From Verrucomicrobiales bacterium (GTDB lineage Bacteria > Verrucomicrobiota > Verrucomicrobiia > Limisphaerales > F1-12-MAGs170): a stretch of 64,000 nt of DNA. Every line of letters begins with the position of its first letter. The first letter of the stretch is position 1. Shown here one piece after another: positions 38,948 to 47,069 of this stretch. The notes under the pieces are model-generated. The model was not told the origin of the DNA. It did no database searches and was given only the letters and a program-made list of their open reading frames with translations. Both the position numbers and the translations under genes were made by a program. The stretch covers positions 208-64,207 of the forward strand of contig SXMN01000316.1 in the NCBI GenBank assembly GCA_005777315.1, written 5' to 3'.

Positions 38948-40364
38948 CTCGCACATTCCCCGGCCGTACTCGCGCCGCGAATGGCTGGCCCGCTCGGGCG
39001 CTGGATTCGGCTTGCTGGCATTGGCTGACCTGCTGGCCGGAGAATCGCCTGATGTTGCTTTGCACACTTTGGAAAGTGCGGCTCAACCTTATGCGGTGCG
39101 TCCACCGCATTATCCAGCGCGGGCCAGGCGAGTGATTTTTCTCTACATGCCCGGCGGTCCATCGCACGTGGACTTGTTCGATCCGAAGCCGCGTTTGATT
39201 CAGGACCAGGGGAAACCGCTCCCATTCGAGAAACCAAAACTCGAACGGACCAAGACAGGCAATCTTCTGGCGTCGCCTTGGAAATTCTCGCGGCATGGCC
39301 AATCCGGCACGGAAGTGAGTGAGTTACTTCCGCGCATTGCCACGCGCATCGATGACATCTGTGTCATTCGTTCGATGGTGGCGGACAATATCAATCACAC
39401 CGGGGCCGCGCTTCAGATGTGTACCGGCGAGCAGGCGTTTTCCCGCCCCAGCATGGGGTCGTGGCTCACTTACGGTTTGGGAACGGAGAATCAGAATCTG
39501 CCGGGATTCGTGGTGGTCAGTCCCGCTGCTGTTTTCCAGGGCGCACAACTTTGGGCCTCGAGCTTCCTCCCGAGCGCTTATCAAGGAACACTCATCCGTG
39601 ATTTGAACCATCCCATCGCCAATCTGAATGATCCTGCCAGCGACCTTGGAAGGCAGCGCATCAAGCTGGATGCGTTGCGGGCGTTGAACGACCTCCACAA
39701 GAAGGATCGTTTGATCGAAAGCGAATTCGACGCGCGGATTTCGTCCTTCGAACTCGCGTTCCGCATGCAGCAGGAGGCCCCCGAGGCATTCGATCTCTCC
39801 CGCGAGAGTACGGCCACTCATCGGCTCTACGGAACGGATCAGCCTGCAACGGAACTTTTTGGCCGCCAATGCCTGCTCGCGCGGCGCCTTGCCGAGCGCG
39901 GCGTGCGTTTCATCCAGCTCTTTGATGCGCCGAAGAACAACGCCTGGGATCATCACAGCGGCCTGCGGGAAGAATTGCCCAAACGCTGCGCCGCCGTGGA
40001 TCAACCCATCGCCGCGCTCCTGACGGATCTCAAGTCGCGCGGTCTGCTTGAAGACACGCTCGTGCTCTGGGGTGGCGAGTTCGGGCGCACTCCCACCGCC
40101 GAAGGCACGAACGGTCGCGAGCATCATCCCTTCGGATTCACCATGTGGATGGCGGGTGGCGGTGTGCGCGGCGGGCTTGTCCACGGCGCGACGGATGATT
40201 TCGGCTGGCACGCCGTTCAGGACAAAGTCCATGTCCACGATCTTCACGCGACGATCCTGCACCTCATGGGACTCGATCACACGCGGCTCACTTACCGATT
40301 TGGCGGGCGCGATTACAGATTGACGGACGTGTACGGCAACGTCGTGAACGAGATCGTTGCATGA
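38925..40364 (+). CDS. DUF1501 (sulfatase-like) protein with TAT-type leader
   Basis: SRREWLARSGAGFGLLALADLL leader, with MPGGPSHVDLFDPKP and GGEFGRTP motifs. The start, ATG 38925 or 38937, overlaps the upstream gene by 23 or 11 nt. Confidence 0.85.
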   Translation: MNSFMWTDSHIPRPYSRREWLARSGAGFGLLALADLLAGESPDVALHTLESAAQPYAVRPPHYPARARRVIFLYMPGGPSHVDLFDPKPRLIQDQGKPLPFEKPKLERTKTGNLLASPWKFSRHGQSGTEVSELLPRIATRIDDICVIRSMVADNINHTGAALQMCTGEQAFSRPSMGSWLTYGLGTENQNLPGFVVVSPAAVFQGAQLWASSFLPSAYQGTLIRDLNHPIANLNDPASDLGRQRIKLDALRALNDLHKKDRLIESEFDARISSFELAFRMQQEAPEAFDLSRESTATHRLYGTDQPATELFGRQCLLARRLAERGVRFIQLFDAPKNNAWDHHSGLREELPKRCAAVDQPIAALLTDLKSRGLLEDTLVLWGGEFGRTPTAEGTNGREHHPFGFTMWMAGGGVRGGLVHGATDDFGWHAVQDKVHVHDLHATILHLMGLDHTRLTYRFGGRDYRLTDVYGNVVNEIVA

Positions 40365-40580
40365 AGATTGACTGACAGGAGAAACTCATAGGAGGAACGT
40401 CGATCTCCGGGCCGCGTTGGAGAAGCCAACCTTGACTGCGCCACGCAGGTGGCCGAACTGAAACGAGGAAAGCAGAGACAAAATCCTTTATCCATTCGAG
40501 ATGGATGGACGTCCCCTTCACAGGCATCGAAATTCTGCAACGCTTGACGACCGCAGGCGGCACTTTCATTCTTCGTCGCC

Positions 40581-41915
40581 ATGAATCAAGCCCTCCGCTT
40601 CCTGTTTTGTCTTGTCGCATCCTGCGTTTGTCTGCGCGCGCAGGTTCCCGCCAATCCGTCCGATGTGAAAGGACCTTTCGAGCAGAAACCCGCTGATGCC
40701 GTCTTCGCCAGGTTCCAGCTCACGCAGGCTCCCAAACCGGAAGGCCTATTGCTCAAGCAAGGCGACCGGCTCGCAATCATCGGAGATTCCATCACAGAGC
40801 AGAAGATGTATTCGCGGATCATCGAGACGTACCTGACCGTTTGCGTGCCCGACTTGCGAGTCACGGCCCGGCAATACGGCTGGAGCGGGGAAACGGCAGA
40901 AGGTTTCCTCCGCCGCATGACCAACGATTGCCTGCGTTTCAGTCCGACGATCGCGACACTTTGCTACGGCATGAATGATCACCGTTATCGCACCTACGAC
41001 ACAACGAATGCCATGTGGTATCGGAACAATTACTCAGGCGTAGTGCGGGCACTCAAGGATGCCGGCGCCCGTGTGGTGCTGGGTTCGCCCGGTTGCGTCG
41101 GCAAGGTGCCATCATGGACCAAGTCCTCTCCCTACACCCTTGGAGACCTGAATTTGAACCTCGCAACGTTCCGAAACATCGACATCGACATCGCTCAAAA
41201 AGAAGGCACGGGATTCGCCGATGTGTTCTGGCCGATGCTCAAGGCGGGTCAGGAAGCGCAGCAGCGTTACGGCGCGGACTACGCGGTTCCTGGCAAGGAC
41301 GGCGTCCATCCTGGCTGGGCCGGGCAGTTGATCATGGCCTACAGCTTCCTCAACGCGATGGGACTCGATGGAGACCTGGGCTCAATCGTGATCGATCTGG
41401 CCGCTGGCAAGGCTGACGGCAAGGGCGGCCATGTCGTGACGGGTTTTGCGAATGGAACGGCAGCCATTCGCAGCTCACGGTATCCGTTCTGCGCGGAAGG
41501 CGCATTGGAAAAGGATGATTCGATCCGTTCCGGCATGACGCTGGTTCCGTTCAACCAGAATTTGAATCGCCTGAAGCTGGTCGTAAAGGGTGGGACGGCG
41601 GCGAATTACAAGGTCACCTGGGGAGCGGATTCAAAGAGCTATTCATCCGCTCAGCTGGCAAATGGCGTGAATCTCGCCGATGAATTTGCAAGGAACCCTT
41701 TCACGGACGCTTTCAAGAAAGTGGACGATGCGGTGGCGAAAAAACAAGCGTACGAAACCCGGCAGATCAAAACCCTCTTCCACGGTGAGGAAGGACGCGC
41801 GGACATGGAGGCGACGGCCGCACTCACTGAAAAGGCTCGCCAACCCCTGGCGGATGCCATCGGCAAGGCGTTCGTGCCGGTGGAACACCAGTTGAAAATC
41901 GAGGCTGCGAACTGA
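40581..41915 (+). CDS. SGNH/GDSL-type hydrolase, secreted
   Basis: Has a signal peptide. LAIIGDSITEQ is the GDS block, GMND is block III and DGVHP is block V. Confidence 0.75.
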   Translation: MNQALRFLFCLVASCVCLRAQVPANPSDVKGPFEQKPADAVFARFQLTQAPKPEGLLLKQGDRLAIIGDSITEQKMYSRIIETYLTVCVPDLRVTARQYGWSGETAEGFLRRMTNDCLRFSPTIATLCYGMNDHRYRTYDTTNAMWYRNNYSGVVRALKDAGARVVLGSPGCVGKVPSWTKSSPYTLGDLNLNLATFRNIDIDIAQKEGTGFADVFWPMLKAGQEAQQRYGADYAVPGKDGVHPGWAGQLIMAYSFLNAMGLDGDLGSIVIDLAAGKADGKGGHVVTGFANGTAAIRSSRYPFCAEGALEKDDSIRSGMTLVPFNQNLNRLKLVVKGGTAANYKVTWGADSKSYSSAQLANGVNLADEFARNPFTDAFKKVDDAVAKKQAYETRQIKTLFHGEEGRADMEATAALTEKARQPLADAIGKAFVPVEHQLKIEAAN

Positions 41916-41922
41916 ACCGACT

Positions 41923-42513
41923 ATGGCCAGTTCCATGAAATCGCGGCTGCTGGCGATGGCTGTCGTCACAATTGCGGTGCTACTCGCCGGGTTCATCCTC
42001 GGGATGAGCCTCTCGCGCTTGATCAACCGGAAGACGACCCCGGCGATCCTCGATACCGCGAGCGTCGTGCAACAGGTCCAATCCCTCTCGCATCTGGTGA
42101 CCGTGAAGTACGTGATCGAAAAGGTCGTGGTGCTCGAAGATGTGAAGTGGTTTGGTGAAAGCCGGGTGCTCTTGCTGGCTCACGGCGTGGTCAAGGCGGG
42201 TGTTGATCTCGGTGGACTGAAACCTGGGGATGTGAAGATCCACGAAAAAAAGATCTCGTTGAGACTGCCGCCGGAACATGTGACCGATGTGTATCTGGAC
42301 GAGAAGCGGACCGAGATTATCGAGCGAAGCACGGGCTTGCTGCGCCTGTTTGACAAGGATCTCGAACAGAACGCGCGCCGTCAGGCGGTGGACGACATCC
42401 GCCGCGCCGCCCGCGCCAGCGGCATCCTGAAAGATGCCAGGGAGCGGGCGCATTTGCAGCTTGGCAACCTGCTGAGAAACCTTGGCTTCGCGGAAGTTGA
42501 GTTTGTGGAATGA
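41923..42513 (+). CDS. DUF4230 domain protein (N-terminal TM anchor)
   Basis: The TM helix LLAMAVVTIAVLLAGFILGM is followed by VQQVQSLSHLVTVKYVIEKVVVLED...LLAHGVVKAGVDL, typical of DUF4230. Confidence 0.7.
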   Translation: MASSMKSRLLAMAVVTIAVLLAGFILGMSLSRLINRKTTPAILDTASVVQQVQSLSHLVTVKYVIEKVVVLEDVKWFGESRVLLLAHGVVKAGVDLGGLKPGDVKIHEKKISLRLPPEHVTDVYLDEKRTEIIERSTGLLRLFDKDLEQNARRQAVDDIRRAARASGILKDARERAHLQLGNLLRNLGFAEVEFVE

Positions 42514-42883
42514 GGGTCCGTGCAAAATAATTTTGAGTTTGGAGTTGGCTGACGGTCTCCTCAGTAGCGCTCCTCTACCGCCAACTTGTCAATGCACGGG
42601 CCGACGTTTGCCAGCGTCCATAGCGGTGCTTGGGAGCCCCGCACATAAGCTTCGCGAGGTTCGAGGTCTTTGACTGCAAAGGAAGTGTTGTCTGTCTCGC
42701 CACCGTACGGAGAGTGCGCCAACAGCAGGCGGCGCGGTTCTCATGGTCGAGCAGGCGCGCCGAAATGAGCTGCAAGGACCGGCTGTTGTCCCGCGTACCT
42801 GGCTGGAGCGCCTGATTCCGCACATCGTGATTGGTTGAAACAAGAATGTTGATCGCGATGCCTGCTCCTCTTACTCATTTTTC

Positions 42884-43672
42884 ATGAACTCCGAACCCAA
42901 GCATGTCCTGATCACCGGCTCGGCGGGCGCAGTGGGACGAGCGGCGGCCAAGGCGCTGCTCGCGCGCGGCCATCGGGTGCGAGGTTTCGACCGCGTGCCC
43001 GGCGCGGTCCAAGGTGAAGGCGTCGTTGGCAACATGACGGAACTCGACGCGCTCGTCGGTGCCAGCGGAGGGGTGGATGCAATCATTCATCTGGCAGCGA
43101 CGCCGGACGATGACGATTTCCCATCGCAATTGCTCCCAAACAATATCCTCGGACTTTACAACGTGCTTGAAGCGGCGCGGCTGTGTCGCGTGCCCCGGGT
43201 CATTCTCGCAAGCACAGGCCAGGTGAACTGGATTCAGCTCCACGCCGGCCCCTGGCCGGTGCGGGTGACGGATCGAATCCAGCCCCGATATTGGTATGCA
43301 GCGACCAAGGTGTTTGCAGAAGCCGCCGGACACGCTTACGCAACCAATCACTCGATCGATGTGCTGGCCGTCCGTCTTGGTTCGGTGCCCCGCTCGCTCG
43401 GCCAGGTCACGGAGATCAGCGGGTCTGAACTGTCGCAGGACGTTTACTTGAGTCCCCGAGATGCCGGGCGCTTTTTTATCGCGGCGATCGAAGCCCGCGC
43501 AGGGTTTGGGTTTGAAGTGGTTTTTGCCACGAGCCAGCCCGTGAAGTCATGGCGCTTCGATCCCGAGCCGGCCAGGCGCCTGTTGGGTTACGAACCTCAA
43601 GATCGTTGGCCGGATGGACTCGAAGAGGAACATCGCCGTTTTGCAGCGGGCCTGACTGTTCCGGGCTCTTGA
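42884..43672 (+). CDS. NAD-dependent epimerase/dehydratase (extended SDR)
   Basis: Rossmann motif VLITGSAGAVGRAAAKALLARGHRVRGFD and catalytic YAATK. Confidence 0.8.
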   Translation: MNSEPKHVLITGSAGAVGRAAAKALLARGHRVRGFDRVPGAVQGEGVVGNMTELDALVGASGGVDAIIHLAATPDDDDFPSQLLPNNILGLYNVLEAARLCRVPRVILASTGQVNWIQLHAGPWPVRVTDRIQPRYWYAATKVFAEAAGHAYATNHSIDVLAVRLGSVPRSLGQVTEISGSELSQDVYLSPRDAGRFFIAAIEARAGFGFEVVFATSQPVKSWRFDPEPARRLLGYEPQDRWPDGLEEEHRRFAAGLTVPGS

Positions 43673-43836
43673 GAAGAATTACGAGGCGTCCCGATGGATC
43701 CGACTCGTTCTGATCCGAGCCGGTCAAATCGCCGCCGCAAGCAAAGGGGCCCGCAACGATGTGACCTCCGTTGTAGATATGTAACCTTGGCGAACGACGC
43801 TTCACTAATGGCACGGCCCGGCTCGATCGGGACAGT

Positions 43837-44006
43837 TACTGAGGAGACCGCAGGATAGCCTACAAATCTCGGAGGTGGCGCGGGCGCATCTGCTGCGTTG
43901 CTCGCTTGGTCAGAGGCCGCTGCGGGCATCCTCCCTCGCTCACGCCTTGCATTTGTGCCCACGGCACTCTCCGGAATTCGTAGGCTATCCCACGGTCTCC
44001 TCAGTA
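43837..44006. repeat. 27-bp inverted repeats separated by about 116 bp (MITE/REP-like or bidirectional terminator)
   Basis: TACTGAGGAGACCGCAGGATAGCCTAC (43837-43863) versus the reverse complement of 43980-44006 (TACTGAGGAGACCGTGGGATAGCCTAC) matches at 25 of 27 positions. The right arm overlaps the stop of the 43985..45439 gene. Confidence 0.6.
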
Positions 44007-45439
44007 CGTGGACGCGGAATCAAGGCCAGAATCGTCAGTCCCGCTGCGCACACGAAGAATGCGAGAGCATTTGGAGTCCGCGCAGTCCATTCCACCCACG
44101 GCCACGGGAAGCGAAAGAACGCGAAGTTCAATCCAAAGAAAACCCACGTTGTCAGTAACAATATCAAACGCAGACTTCGTTCGGCAGGTTCAATGGCAGA
44201 CCGGGTGCGCTGCATCCAGACCGCAATAAGAACGGCGGCGGCCATCGGCAGCACGAATAGAAACATCCATCCCACGACCGGATCGATAGCCGCCTGCCGG
44301 TAAACCAGATCTCGCAGGGTCTTGCCAGCCACCGGTAGAATGGTGATGGGTAAAATCCAGTATGGCCAGCCTCGGTCACCGATGACACACACGATGGGAA
44401 TGAGTCCCAGGATGAGCCCGAAGTCATAGAGAGAATCCACAATCCGCAACGATAGAAACTCAACACTTGCCAGCAGACCGATGTGGATCGCCAACAGCCC
44501 GCACGCGACAACCAGGGGGATGTGGCTCTTGCTTGTTTCATCCACGAGCCGCACGCGACCGTGATTCAGCCAAAGGCCCAGGCCAAGCGCGCCACCCATG
44601 ACGGCGCCGAAAGTGGTCTCCATCCAGTTCCACCAATTTATCCGGGGATCAAGCCAGACCCAGAACCCGCTGCGAAACACCTCGGGGTTCCATGCGTGAA
44701 ACGCCTGCAGGGTTTGACCGAGCGGAAAACCAATCGCTCCTCCAAGCATCCCCCACAGGGCCATTCTGAAAGCCAGCGTGTCCCCGCGTCTCCACATCGC
44801 GTAAACGATCAAGCCGATCAGCGCGAAGAGCAGTCCGCCCCAGACTTCACGACGGGGTTTCAGGCTGGCACCCGGTTCCCACCGCCAGTCGTCGGAGAAA
44901 TAGATTCGTGGCAGGATGTGACGGTCAGGATCGAACGGCTCATTCAGCAGTCGAATGCCGATCCAACAAAGCCCCAGCAATCCCAGCATCACCAGCAACA
45001 TCTCGATCGCGCGGTAACGAATGCCACCCAGGCCGAGGCCGAGAAAAGCGCCGGCAAAACCAATCCAGATGCCACCCTTGACGGCGAGCCCCAGCATGCC
45101 CCAGCGCAGAGCCGGCCAGTTGCCGATCAACTCGACGTCGTGAGTCAGGCCAACCGTTTGCCCATAGGTCATTGAACCACCGAAACCGATTGCAATCGTT
45201 CCTAATGCCGCGGCCCGCATGACGTTGAGAAGCGGGGCGTTAGGACAAATCAAAAGTATGAGAACCAGGCTGACAAGCAGGCCGGCAATCATGGCACCCG
45301 TCTCGTGACCATACTGTCCGCGAATGCCCCATCCCATCGCACCGGCGAGTGCGCCGAAGAGAATCGGCTTCCAGAATGCAACCGGCGAATGCCCGATCTT
45401 TACTGACGGGACCGTGGGGGTGGAGTGGGTTGATTCCAT
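43985..45439 (-). CDS. polytopic membrane protein (about 12 TM), unknown function
   Basis: 484-aa ORF that is hydrophobic throughout (for example GALAGAMGWGIRGQYGHETGAMIAGLLVSLVLILLI). No recognisable family. Confidence 0.6.
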   Translation of the reverse strand: MESTHSTPTVPSVKIGHSPVAFWKPILFGALAGAMGWGIRGQYGHETGAMIAGLLVSLVLILLICPNAPLLNVMRAAALGTIAIGFGGSMTYGQTVGLTHDVELIGNWPALRWGMLGLAVKGGIWIGFAGAFLGLGLGGIRYRAIEMLLVMLGLLGLCWIGIRLLNEPFDPDRHILPRIYFSDDWRWEPGASLKPRREVWGGLLFALIGLIVYAMWRRGDTLAFRMALWGMLGGAIGFPLGQTLQAFHAWNPEVFRSGFWVWLDPRINWWNWMETTFGAVMGGALGLGLWLNHGRVRLVDETSKSHIPLVVACGLLAIHIGLLASVEFLSLRIVDSLYDFGLILGLIPIVCVIGDRGWPYWILPITILPVAGKTLRDLVYRQAAIDPVVGWMFLFVLPMAAAVLIAVWMQRTRSAIEPAERSLRLILLLTTWVFFGLNFAFFRFPWPWVEWTARTPNALAFFVCAAGLTILALIPRPRTEETVG

Positions 45440-45611
45440 TTTTTAGTACTCAATGAGTCGGTTACAGCACACCATTAAAGAAAGAAAGCCCTGTTCCTGG
45501 AACCTCGCCGTTGAAAGCATTACGACTACAGCTTCTCGGTGAACCACTTCTTGCAGGCTGACATTGGGAATTCGCTTGCTCATCAACCGCACCGTCCGCC
45601 AAATCATCAAC

Positions 45612-46874
45612 ATGCGCGCTCACCTTATCCTCACCACAATTTTTGCGTTCTACTTCATTCATGCCGCTGGTGCCGATTGGTCCCAGTTTCGTGGCCCCGG
45701 CGGTTCCGGCATCAGCGAGGTCAAAGGCACCCCGCTTCGCTGGAGCGACACCCGGGGCATCGTTTGGAAGACCGATCTGCCCGGGCCAGGAGCGTCCAGT
45801 CCCGTCGTCATCGGCAACCGGATTTTTCTCACCTGTTACACCGGCTTCGGCCCCGGCATCACGGGTGGCAACATGCAGTCGCTCAAACGGCACCTGCTCT
45901 GCCTCGACCGGACGAATGGCAAGCTGCTTTGGAACACACCGGTGGCCGCCGACCTGCCCGAGCAGGAGGGTATCCGCGAAGACCATGGCTACGCGACAAG
46001 CACACCGGTGTCGGATGCTGAACGTGTGTATGTCTTCTTCGGAAAATCCGGCGTGTTCGCCTTCAACCACGACGGCAGCCAGCTCTGGAATACCAAGGTG
46101 GGATCTGAGTTAAACGGCTGGGGTTCCGCCACCTCGCCGGTGCTTCACAGCGAACTTTTAATCATCAATGCCAGCGTCGAGAGCAGTTCTCTTGTGGCCC
46201 TTGACCGGAAAACTGGGCGGGAAGTGTGGCGAGCAAAAGGTGTCAGCGAATCGTGGCACGCCCCGGCGTTGGTCACTGCGCCGGGAGGAAAGACCGAGGT
46301 GGTTGCAGCAATGAGCAAGCGCGTGCTGGGTTTCGATGCCGACACCGGGGCGCAGTTGTGGAATTGCGATACAGGCATCTCCTGGTACATGTGCCCGACA
46401 CCGGTGGTTCGGGATGGAATCGTGTATCTCATTGGAGGCCGCGGTCCGACGGTTACGATGGCGATTCGCGCCGGCGGTCGAAGCGATGTGAACGCGTCGC
46501 ACGTGCTCTGGAAAACCGGCAAAGGGTCGAACGTCCCTTCTCCCATTTTGCACGAGGGCCATCTCTATTTCGCCCACGAAAACCTGGGCATCGCGCTCTG
46601 TGTCAATGCCACGACCGGCGAAGTGGTTTACGAGGAACGCCTTTCCCCGAGCCCTGGACAGATCTACGCCTCGCCCGTGCTTTCGGACAACCGGATTCAC
46701 TACCTCGGACGGGGCGGCAGGTCGGTGGTGATCGAGGCGTCACCTAAATTGAAAGTCCTCGCCGAGAACACTCTCGAAGGAGGACGCGGAGTCTTTAACG
46801 CCAGTCCCGCATTCGATGGCAGGCGATTGCTTATCCGATCGAATCGCGCGCTCTACTGCCTCGGGGAGGAGTAG
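45612..46874 (+). CDS. PQQ-like beta-propeller repeat protein, secreted
   Basis: Signal MRAHLILTTIFAFYFIHAAGADWSQFRGPGGSG. Repeated ..G..LW.. blades (KLLWNTPV, GSQLWNTKV, GREVWRAKG, GAQLWNCDT) are as in BamB/PQQ-propeller proteins. Confidence 0.75.
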   Translation: MRAHLILTTIFAFYFIHAAGADWSQFRGPGGSGISEVKGTPLRWSDTRGIVWKTDLPGPGASSPVVIGNRIFLTCYTGFGPGITGGNMQSLKRHLLCLDRTNGKLLWNTPVAADLPEQEGIREDHGYATSTPVSDAERVYVFFGKSGVFAFNHDGSQLWNTKVGSELNGWGSATSPVLHSELLIINASVESSSLVALDRKTGREVWRAKGVSESWHAPALVTAPGGKTEVVAAMSKRVLGFDADTGAQLWNCDTGISWYMCPTPVVRDGIVYLIGGRGPTVTMAIRAGGRSDVNASHVLWKTGKGSNVPSPILHEGHLYFAHENLGIALCVNATTGEVVYEERLSPSPGQIYASPVLSDNRIHYLGRGGRSVVIEASPKLKVLAENTLEGGRGVFNASPAFDGRRLLIRSNRALYCLGEE

Positions 46875-47069
46875 TTTCCGGGGGGGGAGTGGTCTGGACC
46901 TGGTGGCGATGCGGGAGAGCCGTCCCGTTCCGATACATCATGACAAAGGTCGGACACGGGCTTCAAACGCACCGCGTGGTGGACCGCGTGCCGGGCTTGT
47001 ATTTTCGGGTTCATGCCAGACTCCTTGTCGCAGCCTTGGAGTTGGCATGTGATTCGCATCGTGCGCCGC

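Noticed and set aside
39324-40280. Long antisense or alternative-frame ORFs inside confident genes (for example 39324..40280-, 36971..37744-, 47853..48626-, 25173..25967+, 1284..2192-, 53045..53689+, 8784..9704+, 45462..46070-)
   Set aside because: All overlap genes with clear family motifs on the other strand or frame. Their translations are Arg/Pro/Gly-rich without recognisable domains. This is the expected by-product of GC-rich coding sequence.
43839-43870. Hammerhead-ribozyme-like CUGAGGA (CUGANGA) box in the TACTGAGGAGACCG motif
   Set aside because: No properly placed GAAA box, stem II pairing or cleavage-site context could be built around it in any of the four copies.
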